64,000 nucleotides of DNA from Paraspadella gotoi (Eukaryota > Animalia > Chaetognatha), in assembly GCA_051294375.1 (NCBI GenBank), contig JBJCIZ010000239.1:1018831-1082830 (forward strand), read 5' to 3'. A model generated the notes under the pieces. It worked only from the letters and a program-made list of their open reading frames with translations, did no database searches and was not told the DNA's origin. Below, one piece after another: positions 12,335-24,710 of the stretch. The number at the start of each line of letters is the position of its first letter. Positions within the stretch are counted from its first letter, which is position 1. Position numbers and translations under genes: made by a program.

Positions 12335-14339
12335 CGACGAAAACGATGACGACGAAATACTTCATTAACAGTTACGACAATTAATCATAGATTTAAAGTA
12401 ATCAATTCCAGATGTTATACTGTTGTTATGCCATTACATCTGTAGTCACACATCTTTTAGCCATGAGATTAAGGATCGACAACATCAACAATAATAACAA
12501 CAACATCAACAAAACCAATATCAACTGCAACAAAGAGAACAACAATAACTTCAAAAACCGCAACGACGACGACAACAACAACAATTGCAATGTCTCTGAA
12601 ATCGAGGTCGGAACGAATCCATCAAAAATCCGCTAAAACGTCGACGATGACAACGACGACGACGACAACGACGACTAATACAACGATAACAATGACAAAG
12701 ATGACGACGATGACGACGACGACAACAACGACAACGACGACAACGAAAACAGCGACAAAGTGGAGAATGATGACGTCACGCCCTTCGGCGTTTTTGATTT
12801 AGTGAGGAAAACGAATTGTCGAAGGGAAGTCATAAAGNNNNNNNNNNNNNNNNNNNNNNNNNNNNNNNNNNNNNNNNNNNNNNNNNNNNNNNNNNNNNNN
12901 NNNNNNNNNNNNNNNNNNNNNNNNNNNNNNNNNNNNNNNNNNNNNNNNNNNNNNNNNNNNNNNNNNNNNNNNNNNNNNNNNNNNNNNNNNNNNNNNNNNN
13001 NNNNNNNNNNNNNNNNNNNNNNNNNNNNNNNNNNNNNNNNNNNNNNNNNNNNNNNNNNNNNNNNNNNNNNNNNNNNNNNNNNNNNNNNNNNNNNNNNNNN
13101 NNNNNNNNNNNNNNNNNNNNNNNNNNNNNNNNNNNNNNNNNNNNNNNNNNNNNNNNNNNNNNNNNNNNNNNNNNNNNNNNNNTAATAATAATAATAATAA
13201 TAATAATAGTAATAATAATAATCGTTTTAAATATGGAAGGAAAAGGCGAAAAAAAAAGTATAATAAAATCGGACAATTTGAAAAAAATATTATTCCGATT
13301 AATAATCCGAGACAATATTTTTTTCAAACGGTAGAAAATTTTATGAAAATTTCTTTCTAAAGCTTTTTTTTTAATATTAATGAAACACATCTAATATTTT
13401 CCCTCCCCTAATGTTTTTTCTCCTCTCATATTATTCGACTGTCGTATCGAAATTCCACTACTTCCCCCCCCNNNNNNNNNNNNNNNNNNNNNNNNNACAC
13501 AACCCCAACGAAAAAGGAAAAAAACGATTAGAATCCAACGACATCCGCGATTTTACGAATTATACAACAACATCCGGGCGGATCCCCGGCTCCTAAATGG
13601 GCGAGGACAGATCATATCTCTTTTTGTTGAGAAAAACTGCCGTTACCATACGGAAGTTCTTTCGGGTCTAAATTTCAATGACATTCCGGTTCGTCGCTCG
13701 CACAATCATTTGAGAAACTCGATATAACAGCGACATTCGTGGTATTTCGGTACTGAAACCATTGTCGTGAAACTTTGCCTGCAAAAACGGGCACGTTACT
13801 TACTGGTGTTTTGAGTCTAATCTAATCAAAATCCGAGGAATGTACAGAGAAGAATTCAATTTTTAAACAGTAGTTTTCACCCAAGGCAATGCCAATAACA
13901 TTCGGTGCATCCCCAGTCAAAAATCCCATGACATCCGGGGAATTCTAATCAAAAATCCCATGACATCGCTTCTTTCCCGTCAAAAATCCTTTTCACATCC
14001 GGGATCCCTTTTTTTTCCACCCGGAGAAAGAAGAACAAAAGAATCGAGAGAAGACAAAATACAGATAAGGTTATCGCTCGTCGTGGGGGTTAAATAAAGC
14101 AATAAAATAGGATAGGAATCACTAAACAGGAAATCAAAAAAAAACCCTCGCAGTGACGCCCTTAGACGCCATCTGACGCCATCTGACGCCCTCGGACGCC
14201 CGTCATCCCTGCGCTCCATCTCGCTCACACGAATCACGACACCACTGGATATCTTCTGTCCTAAACACCCTCTCTACTCGGCCTCTTTCCCATGAACGCC
14301 CATTTTTATCGAAATTCGGGAATCTGGTTAATTGTTTAA

Positions 14340-14515
14340 GTTAGAGGTCTTGGGTTAATGATTATTTAAGTTTGTGATTTACGGGTTAGGCGATTTGGTT
14401 TTACAAGCATTAACCTTTAGTTTAAGTTAGGGTTAAAAGTATAGCGATAAGGGTTTAGGCGTTCAGGTTTAGGTTAGGGTTAAAGATTAGTAGGGATCTA
14501 AGGTCAGGGATTGAT
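14340..14515. repeat. Degenerate TTAGGG-like interstitial repeat
   Basis: gttagggttaaa, gggtttaggcgttcaggtttaggttagggtta. Cleaner in copy B at about 30990-31165 (agggttagggttcaggattaggttagggtta...agggttagggg). Confidence 0.65.
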
Positions 14516-16211
14516 TATCAAGTCTCAGAAAATATATTGAGTCAAATATAAGGCTAAAAATAAATCAGGAAGACCTCACATATAAAGGGGTGCGCAACAA
14601 ACTTCTGTCACCGTGTCACTCTTCATTCATTCTCTCTCTTTTCACCTCCTCTCCACGCCTCTCGGTTCTGGACCTCGCCTCTCATCGTTACTTACCTTTG
14701 TGAGTGGACGTGGACACTTACCCTGACCCCGCTTTCTCGCCCCTAATACTTAACACCCCCGACAACCAGGACTCGGAATCATTCATAACCGGGATAGTCG
14801 AGTCGGTCGTTGCTTTAACTTCCTCACCTCTCATCCTCTCTCTCTTCTACTCTTCTCTCTCTCTCTCTCTCTCTTTCTTTCTTCTCTCTCTCTCTCTTCT
14901 CTACTCTCCTCCTCTCCTCTCTTCTTTCTCTCTTCTCTCTCTCTCTCCTCTCTCTCTCTCCTCTCTCTCTCTTCTCTCTCTCAAACATCATCTAAACCGG
15001 AAAGGAGGGATTCGGCTTTACTCTTTACAATCTTTTCGCCCTTCACTCACTCACTCTCTCTCTCTCCTCTCTCATCTTGGCTCTCTCTTCCTCTCTCTCT
15101 CTCTCTCTCTCTCTCCTCCTCTCCTCTCTCTCTCTCTCTCTCTCCTAGCCGGGCACCAAAATACTTTCGTCTTCGACCCGAGCGATCTCAGGCTGGAGCT
15201 GGAACTCGCTTCAATCGTGAGATTGAATCGCAACTTTTATTTTTTTAATTCTCGAACGACACGGATTCGGAAATTGCCGGGGAAGGGGGCGAGGCTGGTT
15301 GGCGGGCTAAACCGGCTGATAGGTTCGCGGGATGGTAAGGAGGTGAAAAGGGGAGACAATGGTACAGTTCGTTCGAAGATGTGCAATCGTGCACGTTGCG
15401 CATTGCGGGCCATTGCAATATTGACAATCAACGTTGAACAACAACAGGACGATTTAAACGCCCCGTGAAAAACCACAGTGACGACGAAAAATAAATCACA
15501 AAAGTAAAAAATTAACTTTTATATATGGTCAAATGCGTTGATTTTAAAATGAGAAACTTAATAACTACCAGTAAACAATGGAATTGTTTACAATGAGGAA
15601 CACCAACAAATGTAAAATTCCTTTACTTTCCGTCCTCCGGCCAACAACAACAACCAACAACTTGGACGGGCAAGGATAGCACAAGCAGAGAAAATACATT
15701 CTGTCAAAAAAAATGATCGCATTACAACAGTGGCAAAAAAAAAAGTCTTGAGACTTTGGAAAAAATAATATTCATTTTTTCTATTCTTAGTATGGAAAAT
15801 CAATTTTCGATTATTCCTGTTATTTTTCTTTTCTGTACTTTTTCTTCATCATTTTTATTTTCTATTTTTTTCTTTTTTCTTAATTTCGTTCACTTTCGGA
15901 GTGGACTTGGAATGAATATTCATTTGCATATCCGGGCAGAAATGTGAGTGTGCGCGCGTTGCCTCGCGACGACGTGCGAAAACACAGGATCGAGAGACAG
16001 AGAGAGAGAGAGAGAGCAGAGATTGGAGAGAGACGACGAACGATAGACTGAGGACGAGAGAGACGAGTAGACGAGAGAGATTTCGAGTCACAACAGGCGC
16101 GATGCAAGGACGGACTTTTTTAAAAGGCCTAAGTGAAGCGGGATAAGGACGCAAAGGAAAAGAAAGATAACCCAAAAGAAAAAGAAAGGAAAAAGAATAA
16201 AAAATAGATAA

Positions 16212-18680
16212 GACACAATTGAAAAATAACGGGGCCGTTAACTGTCCTCGTGCTGATTTTGTTCCCTTTAAAAATTGCTTTCTGAGCCAAATTAAAAATT
16301 GCATTATTACTTTTCGGAATATGTGCGATTATTACACTAACTGGACATTACTGTGACTCTGAACCAGTAACCCTTGACCATCAACTCAAAAAGAGCCTAA
16401 CTAGATCCTCAAAAATTTAGTAAAAAAGATGAGAGCAATACTAGCTCGAAACGCTTACACAAATTGTAGACCATTGCTTTCTATAGATTGCAACAAAAAT
16501 ATTCAATATTATTTAAACAAACAGCACATTTACAACAATAACTTAATAAGCTTAACCGAGACCAAGATGAATATTTTTACCTATCACTTTCCTCAAAACT
16601 TTATATGCAATCATATTGTTTCTGTAATAGATCAATTTAATCTAAATAACAATATTGACAACACTTTCATTTTCAATTTTTCTTTCATTTGAATGGGAAA
16701 GTTTTCTCCTGCTTACTCCCCCTTGTGTCTAATGTAGTCTAATATTTTTAGAGGTATTTCCAAAACCTATATATAATTACTATATTTTCACTTTTTTATT
16801 CTTTCCAAACAAAAACCAAACATCATAAAAACATTTTCAAACTTAAATAAAAAAAAAAAATTGCATTGAATGATCTTTGCGAAAAAATATTTTTGAACCT
16901 TCCGAGAATAATGGGATTTTTTCGAGTTAGGGAAAAAAAATTTGCAATTCAAAAAAATCAGGCCTCTAGCCTTTCAATCTTTTCTAGAGCGCTGATTTTT
17001 TTTTTAGTTTTTTTTGATATTTTGATTTTCCTATGCAAACACCATTATTCTCACCATGATCATAGGTCGGAGGAAATTTTTTTCCAAAAATTTTTGCAAA
17101 AAATTTCAACTTTTTCTACATTAGGCCTTTTTTTGCCAGGACAATAACATAACATCAATTATTATACGATGTGCGCTACCACCTGAAAGTGATATGTCTC
17201 TAAATTGACAAAAAAAATTTCTTCAAGTTTATTTTAAAATTTAAGTATTGTATCAATTTTTTTTTAGAAAATAAGTGACGATACTCCCGCTTTGCCGAAA
17301 TTTTTACTTTAACAAAGATTTGTACCTGCGTAATTTGAAAAAAGTCCTTTTTTTATATAACTTTGAAAGAAAAGAGCCTAGCAAGATGGGCGCTTTTTTT
17401 TTTTTTGTGGTTTATTTTTTTCAACAAACAATTTAACAAGTGGGCCCTCTAATCATGCGGACACCTTTCCTAAAAAAGTACTTATCTAACATTAAATCCA
17501 TAAATCTTTACACAGCTTTTGTTCTAAATCAATAGTTAAAAGTATACATACAGTATTTGCCTTTTAAAATTTCAATGAAGGCACTATGAATTTTTTTATT
17601 TTTCTTTTGTAATTTTTCGGAAAAAGGGAAAGACTGAATTTACATTTTGATTATTATTAAATTTTCTTTATTCCATAAATCCTGCTTATATTTTTAATTA
17701 AACCAAGTAAAAAACAAGCAAAAATATTATGTTTTAGCTTGCATAAAATGTCTTTTAATATTCAAAAATGATAAATACAAAAAATGTTTTCAGCCCTGAT
17801 ATAAACAGTTCTGGACATCTACCTTCTTTGTCTGTTGAAAAAAAAAATATGCGAATTTTTCAATTATTCTTTAACTGGCAAACTAATAAGCTTGACACAC
17901 TTGCTTGTTTATCATAATAAAGTTTTTAAAAAATTATATAACTGGCCAATATATTTGACAAAGCAAGACATCGATTGTATGGCATAATTTTTTTTTAAAT
18001 ATTCAGCAAGGAATTTAACTTCTATTATTTATCATTCATTTTAATTAAGCAAAAAAATATTTTATCATAACTAGCCCGATCTAGAAAAGGGTTCATTGAC
18101 TGACTTAATGATGACATTTTTCTAGATATCTTTACTTGCCCCATTTCACAGATATAAAAAGGTCTATGCCGTTATCATGTCAGTAAAGTCCCAGATCTAT
18201 CCTGTCCCTTTATGCAACTGCATTCTGAAATTTTCTTTTTTCCCTTTTCAAATGTATTAAATTAAAAAAAATTATTTGAGAGAAACAATCGGCGTTGGAG
18301 GATGCCATTGGTAAGCCTTAGTTTCCCCACTTTCACGGTCGAATTTTTAAATCTAAGGTTTTTTTCTCCATTCTATTTGAGACATAACCCACTAAACTAT
18401 TCGGTACTATTATTTTTTTTTATTTTTTCTATTACAATTCTACGGCAATTAAATATGAATAAGTTCAACTTTTTTAAAAAAAAATTTCATCACTCTTTCA
18501 CCCTATATTCGGTCATATCTAAAAAACACAAAAAAGATTTTGCATTGATATTTTGGATACTCGACATATTGAAACTACTAACGTTTCAAAAAAATAAAAA
18601 AGAAATATAATAATATTGGAACACGGTAAATTTTTTTTATGCCGGAACAGTAACGTTACCGCATTCTTTCAATTGTGTCC
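16212..18680. mobile_element. TIR DNA transposon, about 2.47 kb, non-autonomous or decayed
   Basis: Left end GACACAATTGAAAAATAACGGGGCCGTTAACTGT matches the reverse complement of the right end, GGACACAATTGAAAGAATGCGGTAACGTTACTGT. ATAAG lies on both sides (16208-16212, 18681-18685). Empty sites with a single target are seen at 19406-19410 and about 32638-32644. No intact ORF. Confidence 0.85.
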
Positions 18681-20744
18681 ATAAGCAGGCAAGAGGAAGA
18701 GAAAGAATGAGAGATGAAAAGCAGGGAAACGGATTTAGATTTTGGCGACAGAAAAGATGGTCGAACGTTTTTTTTTTCTGTTCACGCAGCCGCAATATGA
18801 ATTCACAGCGAATCTCGACTCTCGAAAATCCGTTGGTTACACTTTTTTGTCGCCGTTCGTTGGCAAAGACTAACAATGGAATGGAATGGAATGGAATGGA
18901 ATGGAAAGCGAACGAGGGAACTTCGACGGAACATCTTTCGATTCACTGAACAAATGGCAAACATGGATGCTACATTCTGTCGGATTGTTACAATCCTCTC
19001 TTTAAAATATTATCATTTTTTATTCTTAGTTGAAAATCGATTTTCGATTTTCCGTTTATTTTCTTTCTTTATTTTTCTTCATCATTTTTATTTTCTTATT
19101 TTTTTTTTCTTATTCGTTATTTCGAGGATTGGAATGAATATTCCATTTGCATATCCGGGAGAAGTGGAGTGTGCGNNNNNNNNNNNNNNNNNNNNNNNNN
19201 NNNNNNNNNNNNNNNNNNNNNNNNNNNNNNNNNNNNNNNNNNNNNNNNNNNNNNNNNNNNNNNNNNNNNNNNNNNNNNNNNNNNNNNNNNNNNNNNNNNN
19301 NNNNNNNNNNNNNNNNNNNNNNNNNNNNNNNNNNNNNNNNNNNNNNNNNNNNNNNNNNNNNNNNNNNNNNNNNNNNNNNNNNNNNNNNNNNNNNAAAAAA
19401 AATAGATAAGAGGAAGAGGAAGAGTCAAAAGAAAGAAAGAGAGATGAAAAGAGGAAACGGATTTAGATTTTGGCGACAGAAAAGATGTGAACGGTTGTTT
19501 TTTTTCTCGTTCACGCAGAGAATTGAATTCACAGCAGTGGATTCACAGCAGTGAATTCACAGCAGTGAATTCACAGCAGCGAATTGAATTCACAGCGAAT
19601 CTCGACTCGAAAATCCGGGGTTACACTTTTGTCGCGTTTCGTTGGCAAAGACCGAACAATGGAATGGAATGGAATGGAAAGCGACGAGGGAACTTAGACG
19701 GAACATTTTCGTTCATCTGGAACAAATGGAAACATGGATGGTACATTGTCGGATTGTTACATAAATGAAACGATATAAAAACTTATTAACTTCATTGCAT
19801 AAAAGAAATTGCAGTTGAAATCTCCGAAGGTTGCAATGCAAGGTAGAGAAATACGGTTACAACTGCAATCCGTTGATAAAGTAACTGTTTAACCTTCGAT
19901 CATGTTGTACCCATGACTCGCGTACCCATGTCGTTGCTCGGGGAGAAAATGATCTTTTTATTTTATCGCCACCGGGAAAACGAATTGCACGTGTGAAACG
20001 ATGTTCACAAATAAGGTGAAAAATGAAACGCGGCTAAAGAAATTTAAAAAAAAAAGCCTTCCAAAAAATGGCGCGCGAGTGGAAAATTGCGCGTCGCCAA
20101 AAAAAATAATGAAGACGAAGGCATAAAAAAAAAAACCGTCTTTCCCTGGGAAATTACTCGGGCGACGCCCAGGGTATTAGCTATAACGCTGCTGCAGGGA
20201 TACCGCGGGAGCGGCCACAGCCACGGCAGCGTGATGGTTGCGGCGGCGGCGGCGGCGGCTGCCGCAGTCAGCGTCAGGTGGCGGAGAAAATGGGGATTAA
20301 AGTTTCATGTTAACGATCGCAAGGAAGCGAGGCGTTGTCAATGGAGACGACATAGCGATGGCTGAGGGGGTAATTGTTGTCGTCGTCGTTGTTATTGTTC
20401 TTGTTGTTCTTGTTGTTGTCGTTGTTATCCTTCTCTTAAATGCNNNNNNNNNNNNNNNNNNNNNNNNNTAAAATGGTCGGCTTCTGATTTCTTGATGTTT
20501 TCCGTGGTTGAAGTAAAACATTTGGATTTGACAGGGATGAGTACCAATGAAGTTTTCATGAATTTTTGAGTTACACTAACTGAATTAAAACCGATAATGA
20601 GTTTCTGCCTTTGAAATTGGTGAGACTAAACATTAAATTTATTAATATCTTTTTATTTTAATTCCATTTAAATTAAAACTATCTAATACCCCTGACTTTT
20701 GGAACAGGCTCTATTTAATTAAATCTATTCAAAACTTAAAAGGT

Positions 20745-21915
20745 TAAAATGATCTCGATTTCCACAAAACGTTCCAAATGGAACGATTATATGGAACGAA
20801 TATATAAACAAAGGGACGGTGCACTAAAGTTAAAATGCTAACAACGACAGATCTCGATTTCCCAACAAGTCCAAATGAACGAAATATTATGAACGGAATA
20901 TATAAAAAGGACCGGTCTGCCAAAGTTAAAATGATACAACGGACTGATCTCGATTCCCCAACAAGTCCAAATGGAACGGAATTATACTGGGAACGAATAT
21001 ATAACAAAAGGACGCGTGCTAAAGCTAAATGCTACAACGGGAAACAGATTCTCGATTTTCCGGCAAGTGCCAAATTGGACACGAATATATGGAACGAATA
21101 TCACTAACACAAGGACGTGCTAAAAGCTAAAATGCGTTACAAACGACTGATCTCGTTTTCCACAGAGTCCAAATGGAACGAATATTTATGGAACGAATTA
21201 CTATAACAAAGGACGGTGCTTAAAGTAAATTGCTACAACGACAGATCTCGATTTCCACAAGTTCAAAATGGAACGGAATTATATTGCAACGAATATATAA
21301 ACAAAGGCACGGTTGCCAAAACGTAAAATGCTACAACGACTGATCTCGATTCCACAAGTCAAATGGAAGAATATTATGGAACGGAATATATAACAAAGGT
21401 ACGGGTGCTTAAAGGTAACAATGCTACAACGAAAAAAAAAAAAAAAACCAAAAAAAAAAATAAAAAAAAAAAAAAAAAATCGACCAAGATCTCGCATCCG
21501 CTAAGTCCAAATTTGGATACGAATATATTGGAAACGAATAGTTATAAACCAAAGCGACTGGTGCTAAATGTAAAATGTACAACGACTGATCTCGATTTCC
21601 ACAGGTCAAATGGAACGAATGATATGAACGAATTATTAACAAAGGCACCGGTGCTAAAGTAAAATGCTACAACAACAGATCTCGATTTATCCACAAGTCC
21701 ATAATGGAACTGAATTATCATACGGCCCCCTCATTCCACAGTCCAATGGAACGAAATCATATGGAAGAATATATAACATAAGACGGCTGCAAAGTAAAAA
21801 TGCTACAACGGGACTGATTCTCATTTCCACAAGTCCAAATGGATACGAATATTTATGGGAAACGAATATATAACAAAGGGACCGGTGCTAAAGTATAAAA
21901 TGCTACAACGTATGC
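20745..21915. repeat. About 88-bp tandem repeat array, roughly 12-13 units
   Basis: Consensus GTAAAATGCTACAACGACTGATCTCGATTTCCACAAGTCCAAATGGAACGAATATATGGAACGAATATATAACAAAGACGGTGCTAAA, head-to-tail with no spacers. Confidence 0.93.
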
Positions 21916-24398
21916 ATTTCTCCGAGTTTCCAAACCAGCGTCCGCAATGTCTCGACGATGACGTTTTGGCGCCAACGCTAACTTTTCTAAACGGCCGTCG
22001 AGACGCGAGCGGTGGTTCGCGCATAACACGTTCAAGAGGGCGCGTCGCCGGTTGACGTAGGCGCTAGGGATGGCGCGCGGTCGAGAAGAAAAAAACGGCC
22101 GCGGCGAATTGTTGGCGCCTGCTTGTCTCGAGTCCCAGAGCACGGGTTTTCCCCAGAGTGCGTCGTATGTCAACACTTAATAAATCGCTTCTGTTTTCTG
22201 TTGAAAGACCGTTTTAAAAGAGGGCTACGGTGTAGGCGAGAATTTTTTCAGGTTTTAAGGAATAATAATCAATAACATTAATAATAACAATTGATGTTTA
22301 ATAAATAATTGTATATGAATAATTCGGAGAAACTGGCTGTCTTTTTGAATTCTAACTAACTGGGCTAATTCTGCTCATGAAACCAGATGGGAGTCGGTAT
22401 AAAATGGCGCAGAAGAGACGATGCGCCGGGTCAAGGACGCCCCTGGAGATGACGACGACCAGTCTCGGCAGAACGACGTCGGCTAAGGCCGAAGGACGAC
22501 GAAACTACGAAGCCCAGGGACTTGAACAAATATTGATGTAGTCTGATGAAAAGGATGAAGGAGTAGTAGCAGTCGTAGTTAGTCCTGTAGAGAGAGTTTA
22601 GAGTCCTGGCAGAGGAATAACCAAAACATTCTAGTACCAAACACTCAGCAAATATAAAATAAATTTTTTAAAAGTGGTCTTTCTTTATTGTTTCTGAAGC
22701 CAATATATGTTTAAAAATAGAGATGCTTCTCTCATAGGAAAAGGTCCACCAAACCAGCGATCACCACCAAAATTTAAGATTCCGAGATATCTGAATAAAG
22801 AGTTTCTATGCTTCTTTGAAAAAAGAAACTTAAAAACCCTAAGCTGACACTTTGAGTTCTGAAGATGGCCACGTTCGGGTAGAATTCGATTTAGAATCTT
22901 AATGACAATCTATCGAAATCCGGACCAAATCAGAATCAGCTGTACACTTGCCTCGGAATTTCTGTACTTAAGTATAAACAAAAGAAAGAGCCTAAAGGAT
23001 GTCGTTGTCGATCGCTTTAACGGTGGCATTTTTCGATGCCAGTAATAAAGAGCCAAAAGAGGGCAACGGGAAAAGGGTAAAAGGAAGCTGGATCTCGCAA
23101 TGATTAGAGATTAGTTTATTTGTTAACACCCCCCGCTATTTGGTATGCCAAAAACGCATTCCGAATACCTTTGAGCATTGTCTAGAAATAGCAATCTAAA
23201 ATATCCCGGTTCGCAGGGGGATGGAAAGTAAGAAAGGAAGTAATTTTAAAAAGCTGAGTATGGCAAAAAATGCGCCCAGGAACTTACTTGTTAATACCTC
23301 AAAAAATTCCAAAAAAATCTGACGTACAAAACTGACAAAAAAAAACTGAACAAACGTTACGGACGACTGTTGACGACGGCAGACGACAAACTTCGACCGG
23401 CGACACCCTTCTTCACACGCTAATTTACTTCAATTATTCATGTTGAAACAAACAGTTGGGTTACACCAATGATAATTTAGAAAAACCCGTTGCGTGAATG
23501 TAATTAAAAAACTACGTTCGTTTATTCTAAAGTATTTCACCCAAATACAAAAACAAGACCAAGTTTTCGCTCCGTTCACGAGCGACGCCGGGTGCTGCTC
23601 AACCAAACCTTCTGCAGAGACGAAGCGCCGCTAAGTGACGAATTAGCCGAAACGAAACGTTCTTTGACTACGATACATAGAAAGGAAACAAAAATAAACT
23701 CTGTCGCGTATCAGTTACACCCGTTTTTTCAACCGTATCCAAAAAACGAAAACACTAAAAAATGTTCAATTCCTGGCGTTTTAACTTATAATCGTTGCCC
23801 GGCTAACTTGAAAAAAGTACAAATAAAGACCCTAAGTAAAAATTTTGACACAAGGCAGGGGGGGAAATGCAGACGATGGGAGCTAAATATTTCTAATTTA
23901 CTAACTGACTAACACAATAAAATGATTTTCGGTCAACTATCTATTCGGCATCATTAAAACAATTTCTGTCTTAATCCATGTATTACTCCAAATAGAAGCA
24001 AAATAAAATCTTTTCTTTTCACGTTAGATCCGAAGCGCGGAGAGCCGGTGGATTCTGACTCCTGGGCCTGACCTCGAATCTGACATATATTACAACCCGA
24101 TTCCTCGTAAGTACCAACTAAAAAAGGAAACGTGATATTAGTGGAAGCCCGGAATTGTAAACCAATTTACGGCACCGCCGGGACCAATTTCGATTCCAAA
24201 GGACTGGAACCCGAATAAGGTAAATTAAAAAATTATATTTGGTTGTCGATTTGGAATCTTCTCTCTTGTTCATGAATTTTGAGTACATAACTAATTTGAA
24301 AACCTATGAGTTTCTGCCATAAATTTATAATTTTATTTTTCATTAAACTATCTTACCCCTGACTTTGGACAGGCTATTAAATAAACAATTAAATAAAA

Positions 24399-24710
24399 GT
24401 AAAATGCTACAACGACTGATCTCGATTTCCACAANNNNNNNNNNNNNNNNNNNNNNNNNNNNNNNNNNNNNNNNNNNNNNNNNNNNNNNNNNNNNNNNNN
24501 NNNNNNNNNNNNNNNNNNNNNNNNNNNNNNNNNNNNNNNNNNNNNNNNNNNNNNNNNNNNNNNNNNNNNNNNNNNNNNNNNNNNNNNNNNNNNNNNNNNN
24601 NNNNNNNNNNNNNNNNNNNNNNNNNNNNNNNNNNNNNNNNNNNNNNNNNNNNNNNNNNNNNNNNNNNNNNGTAAAATGCTACAACGACTGATCTCGATTT
24701 CCACAAGTCC
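24399..24710. repeat. Second copy of the 88-bp array, mostly collapsed into an N gap
   Basis: gtaaaatgctacaacgactgatctcgatttccacaa on both sides of the gap 24435-24670. Confidence 0.85.

Noticed and set aside
14340-14515. True telomere or chromosome fusion site
   Set aside because: Short, degenerate, single orientation and internal.
14704-15468. 254-aa ORF
   Set aside because: The core is translated (CT)n, and the frame is not preserved in copy B (31350-31960).
20745-21915. 88-bp array as a CRISPR-like locus
   Set aside because: Units are head-to-tail with no unique spacers, the variation looks like indel noise, there are no cas-like ORFs, and the context is eukaryotic.
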